NCBI GenBank assembly: GCA_951406725.2
Contig: OX597816.1
Span: 52,390,001-52,454,000 of the forward strand
Direction of reading: 5' to 3'
Source of the DNA: Octopus vulgaris
Taxonomy: Eukaryota
Length of the DNA: 64,000 bases
Shown here: piece after piece, positions 40,820 to 53,930 of the stretch
Layout of the letters: the number at the start of each line of letters is the position of its first letter
Numbering within the stretch: position 1 is the first letter of the stretch
The notes under the pieces: generated by a model
Databases searched by the model: none
Told to the model about the DNA's origin: nothing
Seen by the model: the letters and a program-made list of their open reading frames with translations, nothing else
Program-made: the position numbers and the translations under genes

Positions 40820-41057
40820 CTCTTTTACTTGTTTCAGTCATTTGACTCTGGCCATGCTGGAGCACTGCCTTTAGTTGAGCAAATCGAACCCAGGACTTAT
40901 TCTTTGTAAGCCTAGTATTTATTCTAGTATGAACCGCTAAGTTATGGGGACATAAACACACCAGCATCGGTTGTCAAGCAATGTTGGGGGGACAAACACA
41001 GACTCACAAACATATACACACACACACACATATATATATACATATATATATGCATAC

Positions 41058-41090
<33 letters not shown>

Positions 41091-41257
41091 TACATATATA
41101 CGATGGGCTTCTTTCAGTTTCCATCTACCAAATCCAGTCACATGGCTTTGGTCAGCCCAAGGCTATAGTAGAAGATACTTTCCCAAAGTGCCACACAGTG
41201 TGATTCAACCCGGAACCATATGGTTGGTAAGCAAGCTACTTACCACACAGCCACTCC

Positions 41258-41260
<3 letters not shown>
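40818..41260 (-). mobile_element. SINE family A
   Basis: Match to the family, flanked by (TA)n. Confidence 0.85.
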
Positions 41261-41295
<35 letters not shown>

Positions 41296-41874
41296 GAGAA
41301 AGAGAGAGAGACTGAGGTCCAAAATCAAAATAGCTATTTTCTGAATTATATATTGAATTTCATGCACTAAAATAGAATTTTTTAATGAGTTGGAAATAAA
41401 TTATTTTGCATATTTAATAATTATTTAAAGATATTTAATGATAATTTTATATTGGAAGTTTAAATCTGGATAGATACTGATACCATTTAATTAAAATTTA
41501 ATCATGTATCCCAGGATTAAAGAGCTAATACTTATATGTATTTAAATGAAATATATAAAGAGTATAAGTAAAAAGTATAAAGAGTACAGCACTCCAGTTT
41601 AATATGAACCCATTCTCCTGCTTCACATGACTTAGTCAGAGGTAGAAAGGCATTGTTCAGAACCATTTATGAGGTCTCTGAGAAAGTGGTAATGAAAGAA
41701 GGGAGTCCTCCACAAGCCATACCAAGGCATGAATATTTGCAGCTCATGCCACAGCTATTCAAACAGTCCCACTAACTTGTCCTTCTGGTTCCTCTCACAC
41801 ATATTGTAGGTCATGCACTAGCTACTATGCAAAGCCCTTTCTTCCTAGAATGTGGGCCTTCTGGAATTCTCTCT

Positions 41875-42104
41875 ATTTTACTCTTTTACTTGTTTCAGTC
41901 ATTTGACTGTGGCCATGCTGGAGCACCGCCTTTAGTCGAGCATATCAACCCCCAGGACTTATTCTTTGTAAGCCTAACACTTATTCTATCAGTCTCTTTT
42001 GCTGAACTGCTAAGTTACGGGGACGTAAACACACCAACATCGGTTGTCAATCAATGTTGGGGGACAAACACAGGCACACAAACATACACACACACACATA
42101 TATA

Positions 42105-42167
<63 letters not shown>

Positions 42168-42346
42168 TTATACATATATACGACGGACTTCTTTCAGTTT
42201 CTGTCTACCAAATCCAGCCACAAGTCTTTAGTCGGCCCGAGGCTATAGTAGAAGACACTTGCACAAGGTGTCATGCAGTGGGACTGAACCCGAAACCATG
42301 TGGTTTGTAAGCAAGCAACTTACCACACAGCCACTCCTACACCTAT
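41875..42346 (-). mobile_element. SINE family A
   Basis: Full-length match to the family. Confidence 0.9.
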
Positions 42347-42582
42347 AAAGTGTTTTTTCAACAACTGTTTATTTGCATTAATCTGAATGCAACGTTAACA
42401 GTATCAGTTTCACTAGTTTATAGGAGTTGTGCAGGTCACATGCACAGTTTCTTCCTTGAGACAAAATTAATGAAAGAATCAAAAATAGTTTTTTTTAGTG
42501 TACACACACAGACACACACATGTGCTCACACACACGTATGTGTGTGTTTGCATTTCCTTGTCTTAACATCATGATAATTGTA

Positions 42583-43148
42583 TGGGGTCGTCTGGAAAGT
42601 TCGTGCCAATTTATAGTAGTTTACCTTTCGACTTATTTTAGAACATGGTTGAGTCCATAAAATAGGATTTGACTACACCTCCATTTAGAGCACAGTTTAA
42701 GCTATCTTTTCATGGAGGAAGGTTTATGTTCCTATAACCTGTGTTAATTCTGTAACCCTTTAAAATGTAAGATAAGAAAGTTCATTTTCGGCTCTTGATG
42801 CTTTGGGAACCAGACAAAAATTGCTGCAGCTTGGCTGGGATGTGTTACCCCACCCTCCATATTCACCAGATATTGCTCCTTCGGATTTCCACTTATTCAG
42901 GTCTCTGCAGAATAGTCTTAATGGTAAAAATTTCAATTCCTTGGATGACATAAAAAGATACCTTGATGAATTTTTTGCCATGAAACCACCTCAATTCTGG
43001 GAAGAGGGTATTTTCAAGTTAAAGGAAAGATGGAGACGCATTGTGCAACAAAATCGTTCATATTTGGTTGATTAAAAATGTAATGGCAAGTATTTATTGA
43101 CCTTTTTCATTCCTTTCAAAATTGGCACGGACTTTCTGGACAACCCAA
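42583..43148 (+). mobile_element. Internally deleted mariner (Tc1/mariner) element
   Basis: ~30-bp TIRs (tggggtcgtctggaaagttcgtgccaattt / aaattggcacggactttctggacaacccaa), TA at the left end, and a transposase C-terminus inside. Confidence 0.9.
42809..43075 (+). pseudogene. Mariner transposase C-terminal fragment
   Basis: WDVLPHPPYSPDIAPSDFHLFRSLQN motif. The N-terminal remnant at 42766 begins ATG TAA and is fused out of context. Confidence 0.9.
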
Positions 43149-43588
43149 TGAGTGCCACCATCATATCAGCAGCTTTATTCATTTCCAGTATTTTGAAAAT
43201 ACATGGCTGGCCATGGGAAAGTATTAACTTGATTGGATGGAAGCAGGTGAGGGTTGATGACAGGAAGAGGACCCAGCCATAGAAAATCTGCTCCAACAAA
43301 CTCCATCCTACCTATGTAAGCATGGCAAAGTGAATGCTAAAATGAGTATGAGGATGAACGTTGTCCTTCTGGACTACTCACCCCACCTACTTGCACCTGT
43401 TTTTGCAGACATCAACTTACAGGTGTTCAAACCTAACACAAATCATAATCACACAAGTTTTGTAGGGGCTACCAAGAGAGCACAAGCAAAATCTCTATCT
43501 CCTGATGAAGTTACATCCTTAAGTCATACGCACACACACATTAGCATAGACACAATACAATATAAATTTTAAATGGTTATCTACTTAC

Positions 43589-43693
43589 TTGTGGCATTTC
43601 TCCTTTTATACAGACTGTAACCCATTGGATGTTGTCCCCATCCCGACTTGTCCTCAGCTCTTCAATCTGTTCAAATTCAGCAATCAGTTGCAA
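43589..43693 (-). CDS. FRMPD4: FRMPD-like exon, FERM C-lobe (LQLIAEFEQIEELRTSRDGDNIQWVTVCIKGEMPQ)
   Basis: Acceptor tctttctacttcag-type, donor gtaagt, 105 nt, phase 0-0. In frame with flanking exons; resembles the LLADFSHV region of FRMPD4. Confidence 0.85.
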
Positions 43694-43799
43694 CTGAAGT
43701 AGAAAGATAAACTTATATGAGTATGTGCATGCACATGTGTGTGTGTGTGTGTACATACATACATACATTCATATATATATATATAAATTTGAACTCTAT

Positions 43800-44035
43800 A
43801 TTATATGCTCACGTGGTTACCCCAGTTTGATCCTGACTGAACTTCCTACACTTTGGACAAGTTTTTTTAATTCTGTCTCTGTTTATTTTTTATTTTCTCT
43901 TATTCCTTTCTGTTGAAGAGCATAAGCTCAAAACGTGAAAGACTTCTTCATTTTTCCCAAGTGTCAAACTAATACATTTGCTTGTTGTTCATACACCTGT
44001 TTTCATCTTTTGCTTTTCTATAAATTTCAACTGTA
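43800..44035 (+). mobile_element. (TA)n-flanked repeat with a variant hammerhead-like motif; related copies at ~31360-31520 (+), 37490-37635 (+), 62705-62900 (-), 4160-4330 (+)
   Basis: Shared cttt-CTGTNGA-aGAGC gtag GCTY-GAAAC-GT-aaaga followed by ctaatacatctgcttgttgttc-type sequence. Confidence 0.55.
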
Positions 44036-45721
44036 TATATATATATATATATGTGTGTGTGTATACACTTAGTGGTTGAGACTCATGCGGATCTCTCTTT
44101 AGCGTAAGAGCATCCACATAGTGGATTCTCTCTCATATTTGTATATTAATAATATTTACTGACTCTCAGTCTTTTATGCACTAGACCACTGGTGTTAAAT
44201 TGATGTTATTAAATTAATATCAATTTTTTCACCCTCATTTTGATTTTAATTATATATATATAGGCTAATACCTAGCATGAGAATGTTTAACATGACATAG
44301 GTAGATAAGTATTCTTTATTTGTGGAGAAACCAGACTGACATTGGTTTCATGTTCAGAAAGATATCTCTCAAAAATTATTCAAGTTGCCACATAAGGCGT
44401 TGGTATTCATCTCCTTATATACACACACACACACATATATATGCACACACACAAGCACAACAGGTTGCTTATTTTTATATATATATATATATATATAATA
44501 TGCACGCTCACACTAGCCAGTGAGGAGACAAAATCATGTCTGATGATGACATCCTGGGTGAACTCTGTATTTTTAAACACACAATTCTTATTGAAAAGTT
44601 TTCAAGTTTTCTCTGACTTATAATTTCACAACTAGTATCATTTTATGTTTTTATATACATTATAAAGGCATTATCATTTTAATCCAATACTGTTTCATGT
44701 GCTATATATATATATATATCATGTTTAAAAGAAAGGTTGGTAGTCACGGCTGAAATAACTTTGATCATAGGTAATGTCAATCAAAATTGACTTAAGAGCT
44801 ACACAACAATAATAGCAACAATAACACTGCAAAACTGAATTAGTAGTGACTTTCTTTTATTCTTTGTCAATGTCCATGATAATTATAGAGATGTGAACAT
44901 TTCTACATAGAACACAGAATAAAAGATTATTATGAAAAATAAAAACAATAGGTATTAAAGTTAAAACATAAAAAATCAAACAAAATCTGATTTGAAAAAC
45001 AATCAATAGTGTTTCTTTACTTTTTTTCTCACAAATATTCTGTTAGCAATACATAAAAACATCTACATGTTTCATTCCTAATTAAAGTACATATTCAAAT
45101 AAGTTAACAACTTTCATGACAAAGTTTCATTTTATTATTTTTTTTATTGTTCTGTTATTCTTTTAAATCTATTCTTTGAAGCTAAAATTATACTTGAAAA
45201 GAGAAGAAAATCATTATTTCCTCACCTCCTCAATTTTTTTTTCTATTGGATTTTGGTCAATTATCTGAATTATCTAAATTTCCTTCAGCTTCAACTAACA
45301 TAATGCCAAAAGATTTTAAAATGTTAAATATCAGTAAAAGGAGGAGAAAAAAAATCTCAATTTTTGCAAGGAATGCTTATTGAGTTGGACAATATGTTTT
45401 TATTCTAAGGTGGCGAGCTCGCAGAAACATTAGCATGCTGGGCGAAATGCTTAGCGTTATTTCGTCTTTACGTTCTGAGTTCAAATTCTGCCAAGATCAG
45501 ATTTGGCTTTCCTCCTTTCGGGGACGATAAATTAAGTACCAGTTGGGTACTGGGGTTGATCTAATTGACTGCCCCCTCCCCCAAAATTTTGGGCCTTGTG
45601 TCTAGAGTAGAAAAGAATATATTTTTATTCTGAGATATAAGAGTGTGAATGAATACACAACTATATTCATATGCTTATTTTATACACACACACACAGGTA
45701 TATATATATATATTTCTTCTA

Positions 45722-45756
<35 letters not shown>

Positions 45757-45781
45757 ATCAAACATACATACACACACACAC

Positions 45782-45841
<60 letters not shown>

Positions 45842-46419
45842 AGGGGGATTATAGATACAGTTCATGTACTACCAAAGTATGTGTTGTATATTATTGCAAA
45901 GTAGTGTTTACAAAGCAAGCTATATATGCATACCATGTGCATATACAAAGATATATTTGCAATAGTTCATAAATACTATACATAAATACAAGTTTGCACA
46001 CATACACACATGTCAATTATGGAATATTCGTGTTTACTAGCCCTATAAATATATATTTTATGTTTAGTAGAACAGGAGAAATTAAACTCAATACATGAGT
46101 ATATATATATATATACATTTTTTATTTTTAATCAGAAGATAATTTTTAAAATGACTCAACAGACGAGGGTTCCCTTTATGACACATGGTTGTTCCATAAA
46201 ACTAAAGTATTTAGTGTCTAAATTTGACGGTGAATTTGTCAGTAGGCAATTTAGCTTAACAGTAAAGCACTCAACTGGAGTCTTTGAGGGATATAGGTTT
46301 GAGTCCCATGGCTGGTTGTTGAAAATTTTTCCACCTTGTAAGGGTAATTCACCCAGTACTTCTGCAGTTCTAATGGCAACACTGCATTCGAGAAAATATC
46401 ACCTTATTTGTATCATATA

Positions 46420-46637
46420 TATTTTCTTTTATTTGTTTCAGTCATCTGACTGTGGCCATGCTGGAGCACCGCCTTTAGTCGAGCACATCGATCCCAGGAC
46501 TTATTCTTTGTAAGCCTGGTACTTATTCTATCGGTCTCTTTTTGCCTAATCACTAAGTTATGAGGAAGTAAACACACCAGCATTGGTTGTCAAGCAATGT
46601 TGGTGGGGGACAAGCACAGACACACAAACACACACAA

Positions 46638-46678
<41 letters not shown>

Positions 46679-47233
46679 CGATGGGCTTCTTTCAGTTTCC
46701 ATCTACCAAATCCATTCACAAGGCTTTGGTCAGACTGAGGTTATAAGGTGCCATGTGGTGGGACTGAACCCAGAACCATGTGGTTGGTAAGCAAGCTACT
46801 TACCACACAGCCACTCCTGTGCCTATATATAAATAAATTCTTTATTCTTTACTAGTTTGCCATTAGACTGTGGCCACACTGAGGAACCACCATAAAGAGT
46901 TATACTAAAATCAATCCCAATATATTTTTCAAGCCTAATACTAACTCTGCTATGCTTTGACAAACTTCTAGGTTACAGGGACATAACCAAATCAACACCA
47001 GTTCTCAAGCAGTAGTGGTGGAGAACCACACACACACACAAACATCTATAATCATTGGTCTTTTTGCTTCTTTTGCCAAATCCACTCACTAAGGCTTTGG
47101 TTGGCCAGAAGCTATTGCAGAAGACACACCTGCCCAAGATACCTTGTACCTTGACTCAACCTGGAATCATGTGGTTGGGAGACAAGTTTCTTAGCAAACA
47201 GTCATACTTCTTCCTATTCACAGCCATGCCTGC

Positions 47234-47235
<2 letters not shown>
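46420..47235 (-). mobile_element. Two adjacent SINE family A copies (younger 46420-46826, older 46835-47235)
   Basis: Two successive tail-body-head units. Confidence 0.8.
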
Positions 47236-47286
<51 letters not shown>

Positions 47287-47363
47287 GAATCAATGAAATA
47301 CCAACTAAGTCTCATTTTCATTGTTTTATTATTTGCAATTTTTACAATTTTATGATAATGAAA

Positions 47364-47404
47364 TGAACTAGTACTTTCATGTGTTATGCAATCATCAGGT
47401 TTAT
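47364..47404 (-). ncRNA. Minimal hammerhead motif, inverted copy with a decayed stem II
   Basis: Minus strand: aaac-CTGATGA-ttgcataacacat-GAAA-GTAC-TA-gtt. Confidence 0.5.
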
Positions 47405-47450
47405 GTAGTGATAACTGAGTTGTCAATCATGGAACATGACTTTCACTACA

Positions 47451-47490
47451 TAAACCTGACGATTGCAAAATGCATGAAAGTACTAGTTTG
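47451..47490 (+). ncRNA. Minimal type I hammerhead motif
   Basis: taaac-CTGACGA-tTGCA aaa TGCAt-GAAA-GTAC-TA-gtttg. Confidence 0.65.
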
Positions 47491-47516
47491 TTTCACTATT
47501 GTAAAAATTGCATATA

Positions 47517-49090
47517 ATCATCATCATCATCATCATCATCATCATTTAACGTCCGCTTTCCATGCTAGCATGGGTTGGACGGTTCAACTGGGGTCTGGGG
47601 AGCCCGAAAGCTGCACCAGTCCAGTCTGATCTGGCAGTGTTTCTACAGCTGGATGCCCTTCCTAACGCCAACCACTCCGAGAGTGTAGTGGGTGATTTTA
47701 TGTGCCACCGACACAGGTGCCAGACGAGGCTGGCAAACGGCCAAGCTCGGATGGTGTTTTTTATGTGCCACCGACACAGGTGCCAGACGAGGCTGGCAGA
47801 CGGCCACGCTCGGATGGTGTTTTTATGTGCCACCGACACAGATGCCAGATGAGGCTGGCAATCGACCACGATCGGATGGTGTTTGTTACATGCCCACAGC
47901 ACGGAGGCCAGTCGATGCGGTACTGGCTACGGCCACGTTCGGATGGTTTTCTTGTGTGCCACGTGCCACCGGCACTGGTACCACAAAGATACAAATTCCA
48001 TTGATGTTCATCTATTTTGATTTGTTTTGATTTTCACTTGCCTCAACAGGTCTTCACAAGTGTCACAAGAAGGAAGGTAAGCACAGGTGGACTGACTACG
48101 TCCCAGGTAGGGGCCACGGGTTATGGCCTGACTAGTCTTGCCGGGTCTTCGGATGGTGTTTTTATTCGTGTTTTTATGTGCCACCGACATAGGTGCCAGA
48201 TGAGGCTGGCGAACGGCCATGATCGGATGGTGTTTGTTACGTGCCCACAGCACGGAGGCCAGTCAGTGCGGTACTGGCTACGGCCACGTTCGGATGGTTT
48301 TCTTGTGTGCCACCGGCACTGGTACCACAAAGATACAAATTCCATTAATGTTCATCTATTTTGATTTGTTTTGATTTGATTTGATTTGATTATGCAGTAC
48401 TGACTACGGCCACGTTCGGATGGGTTTCTTGTGTGCCACCGGCACTGGTACCACAAAGATACAAATTCCATTGATGTTCATCTATTTTGATTTGATTTGA
48501 TTTTCACTTGCCTCAACAGGTCTTCACAAGTGTCACAAGAAGGAAGGTATGCACAGGTGGACTGACTAGTCTTGCCGGTTCTTCGGAAGGTGTTTTTATG
48601 TGCCACCAACACAGGTGCCAGATGAGGCTGGCGAACGGCCACGATTGGATGGTGTTTGTTACGTGCCCACAGCACGGAGGCCGGTCGATGCGGAACTGGC
48701 TATGGCCACGTTCGGATGGTTTTCTTGTGTGCCACCGGCACTGGTACCACAAAGATACAGATTCCATTGATGTTCATCTATTTTGATTTGTTTTGATTTT
48801 CACTTGCCTCAACAGGTCTTCACAAGTGTCACAAGAAGGAAGGTATGCACAGGTGGACTGACTAGTCTTGCCGGTTCTTCGGAAGGTGTTTTTATGTGCC
48901 ACCGACACAGGTGCTAGATGAGGCTGGCGAACGGCCACGATCGAATGGTGTTTGTTATGTGCCCACAGCACGATGGCCAGTGATGCGGTACTGACTACGG
49001 CCACGTTCGGATGGAATCTTGTGTGCCACCGGCACTGGTACCGCAAAGATACAAATTCCATTGATGTTCATCTATTTTGATTTGTTTTGA
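47517..49090 (-). repeat. RTE 3' UTR insertion expanded into a higher-order tandem array
   Basis: (CAT)n tail at the left; ~60-bp gtgccaccg monomers; marker ccattgatgttcatctattttg recurs at ~47998, 48342, 48468, 48763 and 49058. Confidence 0.8.
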
Positions 49091-49252
49091 TAATAAAATA
49101 TGAAAATCAGACTTAGCTGGAATTTCATTAATATATTCTCCTGTACACAATCATGCAAACTAGGATTCACACACACACACACACACCTGTACTCAGTAAT
49201 TCAGTATGGAAAATAACTATCTGATTTGCTGATCACCATATCAAAATGCTTT

Positions 49253-49420
49253 CTTGGCCAGGTAACTCACCTAACCTGAACATCTTGGAAAATCCAAGTA
49301 TAGTTAAAACGAAGGCCAGTATGCATCCCAGCAATCAGGCTGAGCTGAAGGCTGCAGCCAAGATTGCTGGGGGGGGGGGAGCTGCAACACACATGAGCTG
49401 AGCCACAGGTTGAGTTCCTC
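49253..49420 (+). pseudogene. Degenerate Tc1-like transposase fragment
   Basis: Translates WPGNSPNLNILEN, resembling the Tc1 WPxxSPDLNPIEN motif. Confidence 0.45.
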
Positions 49421-52400
49421 AATACCACAATATTTTAAGTAAATCACTAAACTCATAGGATCTCCAACCAAGAAATAAGTGACACTTTTGCTCCACCTTT
49501 GAATTTCTGCCTACTGAGTCAAGTACATCAACATCAAAATCAATATCAAATGGAAATTGTAGTTGTGATACCTGTGCCGGTGGCATTAAAAAGCACCATC
49601 CGAACATGGCCGATGCCAGTGCCGCCTTGACTGGCTTCTGTGCCAGTGGCATGTAAAAATCACCAACCAATCATGGCCGCTGCCAGCCTTCCCCTGACAC
49701 CCACTACACTCACGGAGTGGTTGGCATTAGGAAGGGCATCCAGATGTAGAAATACTGCCAGTTCAGAGTGGAGCCTGGTGCAGCCTCCTGGCTTCCCAAA
49801 CCCCGGTCAAACAGTCAAACCCGTGCTAGCATGGAAAACGGACGTTAAATGACAATGATGATGATGATTTTCTTATGTAATGTGATGTTACAGATATTCA
49901 GATATAACATTCTAATATTTTGAAGTATTGGACTTTCAGTGATCTTTTTTATACATCAGGCAGGTATCCAATACCTTTCTTCAGATATTTCTTATGCAAC
50001 CATAAATGTTAGCTTATAACAACAACAAAATCCTGAGAATAGATTAGCTTAGATTTAGTGGACCTGATATTGAAATTTTGATATTCAAACTAAACTGGCA
50101 ATAAATATCCAATTTTTCATAATATTCTAATTTTCTGAGACTCACTGACACACCTGTAAATACATATATACAGACATGCACACACACCCATATACATATG
50201 TGTGTGTGTGTGTGTGTGTGTGTATAGGAGAGATAAAGAAAGAAAATTATGCTCTTGTTAGTCATAAAAAATATCATTAGTTTATTATCAGAAGAGTTAT
50301 TACTCCAGTATCATTATCCCCTCCAGTTAATCAGACACTTTCAGTTAGTCAATATCATGTCACACTGTGACAACATCACTTCCAGCTAATCAGTATTATC
50401 TTCTTGTTGATTATCTCTAAACCCAGAAGCTTTTTAATGTCTTGGAAAGCACAAGCATTTATTTTAGATATTTATGAGAGTTAGAGATTATTTAGAAGGA
50501 TGGAGATTAAAAACAACTTTAATAACTTCTTTCATCATGTTTTCCATAGTGTATACACTCTAGAATTAATTTGGTTAAAAGGTTGTTTTCTTTTTTATTG
50601 TGCTAATGTTCTTGGAAATAAATATAAATGAAGTTAATATTCCATCACAGTAAAGAATTTTCTGTGATGAAGTTGAAGAATACTAGACTCTAAATTAATA
50701 AGTTATGAGTTTCTTTCTCATCACTGGTGATATAGTGACTTTGGACAAGATACTGAAAACTTCCAGTCTCCGTTCACTGAGTTTCATATCAAAGAAGGTA
50801 AATGTTGACTGTTTGCCTATTTACATTTACTTTATGTTTGTTTATTTCTCACATAAACATCATCTTCATTTTATGCTTGCTTCCTATACTGACATGGGTT
50901 GGAGAGGTCATTATACTCAGTTATTTTTTATTGATGGCTGCTGGGCCCTTAGACTGGTGCTTGTATGTATCATTTGATTTAATTTCTATGGTTAGGTGCT
51001 CTTCCTGTCCCCTGTCGCTTTTCAGAATTTACTGGGTGCACTTTCTCATAGGACAAACATTGGAGAGGTTGAAAGATCACAAGGTCACAAATTTAGGATA
51101 AAGTAGCCTTTTTCTTCTTTTTTTTTTTAAATAAAATTGACTCCACTATTTAACAGATAAAGGATAAAAGGCAAAGTTACTTCAGTAGGATTTGAACTTA
51201 GAATGTAAAGTGTTGATTGATTGATTGATTGATTGATTCTAGTTTCAGCTTATGGATATCACAAGACATTTTGTACACTACTCTAATAATTCTCCTTCTC
51301 TGTCACAGTCTCTTAGACTGATCTTTTGAATTCATTTAATTCACACTCCTGACAATAATATCTTTCAAGTCTTTCTTTAGAAATATGTTTAATCAAATAA
51401 AAGAAATTAATTCTGCTCTGGAATTCTGGAATATAATGAAAACACTTCAAAATAAGCAGATGTAACCACCTCAATTCATCACCTAGCTTACACTACTGAG
51501 GTTGTTTGTTCCTTCTCAAGCCACGCCTGGCTCATTAGGGCCGGTTTCCTGGTTTCCTTGGCATATAGGTTTCCCACCTGGACGGGACATCGGTCCGTCG
51601 CAGGTGAGCTGCAAGATGCAGGAGGAAAGAGTGAGAGAAAGTAGTGGCGAAAGAGTCAGCAGATGTTCGCCATTACCTTCTGCCAGAGCTACCTGGAGCT
51701 TAGTTGTTTTGATCATAAACACACACATTGCCCGGTCTGAGATTCGAACCTGCGATCCCTTGACAGCGAGTCTGCTGCTCTAACCACTAGGCCATGTGCC
51801 TCCACACTACTGAGGTAAAATTCTGTTTTATCTGTAGCATACCACATACTCCTGAGAGTATCTTAAATCATAATTGGAATAACCTTAAGCAAGTGCTATG
51901 TTATTGTTGTTGCTTTAAGACCTATGATCAAAAGCATTCCATTTGTGACCATCCCACCTTTCTGTATATCAGTTTATTTTGTTTAATAGTCTTCTTTATA
52001 TAAGATGATAGGATGTAATTTGTTAAAGATTAGGTTGCAATGTTTGGCATATTAAGCAACCGTGTGGAGGCTTCTTCTATATTAAATCACAGATACGCTT
52101 TCATTTTTTTTAGAAAACATTTGATTCTGTGAATCTAACACTATTTTCTAATGAACAAGATCACTTACATTGTGGTGAGTTAAAAACATACCAAACTTAT
52201 TAAAATGACTCAATTTATTTTCTGAGGTGTGAAAATTCTTATTGTTGAGCTGGCCAGATCGGAGCAATCTCAAGATTAGTCAGCCGAAATTGTGAGGATG
52301 ATCCGGTTCTTGACTGAAGATTGACAGCTTCGAATGTCCCGTCCGTGTTTTTTGTGTCGTCTTCTAAATATTTTGTGTTCTTGTTCCAGTTTGTATTTTT

Positions 52401-53540
52401 TTTACATATATATATATATATATAGCCGTGCATGTACCCTTTGTCTTTTATATATATATATATATACACACACACATATATATATGATGGCCTTCTTTCA
52501 GATTCCATCTACCAAATCCACTCACAAAGCATTGGTCGGCCCGAGGCTATAGTAGAAGACACTAACCATGTGGTTAGTAAGCAAGCTGCTTACCACAAAG
52601 CCACTCCATATATTTAGATAAAAGAATTTTCAAAAGTTTCATAAAATCAGAATTTTGTTTGCAGTAGACATTGTGTCTTATTCCTTATGTTGATCACATA
52701 TTGTATAATATATTTCTCATTACACAGTTTATTAAATATTTCCATAGTAAAAGATTTTGTCTTTGTAACCCTTTCATAATTTGAATGTGACCCAGTGGGA
52801 ACCTGATATATTGAGTTCATAGAAGTGTTCAGAATAGGCTACAGATGACTTTGGAAATGCTATTCACCATATGTGTATATTCATTTCAACAACATATTTC
52901 AAATGGGATTTGTTACTACTTTCATAATCCCAACTTCATTAAGAGGTTGATCACAGGAAATATATTAGTAACCTCTTATCACCCACTCAGAGCCATTCTG
53001 GGTATGGCTGTTGCCAGCGCATCCCCGACTGGCCTTGTACCGGTGGCACGTAAAAAGTACCATCCGATCGTGGCCATTGCCAGCCTCGCCTGGCTTCCGT
53101 GCCGGTGGCATGTAAAAGCACCCACTACACTCACGGAGTGGCTGGCATTAGGAAGGGTATACAGCCGTAGAAACATTGCCAGATCAGACTGGGCCTGGTG
53201 CAGCCTTCTGGCTTCCCAGATCCCAGTTGAACCGTCCAACCCATGCTAGCATGGAAAGCGGACGCTAAACGATGATGATGATGATGATTTTCTACCTCAT
53301 TAAGAACCTAGATTATATATCTCACCTGATTGACTATTCCCGAAATTGTGATGATATTCTCCTAGTATCAGAACAGAATTAATCCTTTTGATAACAAACT
53401 GCTTGAAACCGCCCTTGCTTTTATGAAACAAATTCCCTAATCTTCCTTTAAGTTTCATGTCAGCTTAATAATGGCAAATTTATCTTGATAAATTCTTCAT
53501 TATTTTCAAAATTACTTAAAGCAAGACAATATATTTCAAT

Positions 53541-53930
53541 ACTCTTTTACTTGTTTCAGTCATTTGACTGTGGCCATGCTGGAGCACCGCCTTTAGTCAA
53601 GCAAATCGACCCCAGGACTTATTCTTTGTAAGCCTAGTACTTATTCTATCGGTTCTCTTTTGCCAAACCACTAAGTGACGGGGACGTAAACACACCAGCA
53701 TCGGTTGTCAAGCGATGTTGGGGGGACAAACAGACACACATACACATATGTATATACATATATACGATGGGCTTCTTTCAGTTTCCGTCTATCAAATCCT
53801 CTCACAAGGCTTTGGTCGGCCTGAGGCTATAGTAGGAGACACTTGCCCAAGGTGCCATGCAGTGGGACCGAACCCAGAACCATGTGGTTGGTAAGCAAGC
53901 TACTTACCACACAGCCATTCCTACGCCTAT
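53541..53930 (-). mobile_element. SINE family A, inserted into a decayed piggyBac-type MITE (~53380-53963)
   Basis: Full-length match; flanks resemble the 22342 MITE. Confidence 0.85.

Larger units (their letters stand above)
47285..47517. mobile_element. Older foldback of the same family as 61450-61880; right arm continues at 49091-49135
   Basis: Inverted arms carry the GAAAGTACTAGTT motif. The terminus tgaaaatcagacttagctggaatttcattaata resumes after the RTE-tail insertion. Confidence 0.6.

Noticed and set aside
47690-49090. Repeat array superficially like a CRISPR array or a repetitive ORF
   Set aside because: No unique spacers, eukaryotic context, and it is an expanded LINE 3' UTR.
52240-52400. 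CTGAAGA-containing repeat, also at 62035-62130, as a possible hammerhead
   Set aside because: No properly placed GAAA/stem III and no stem I closure could be built.
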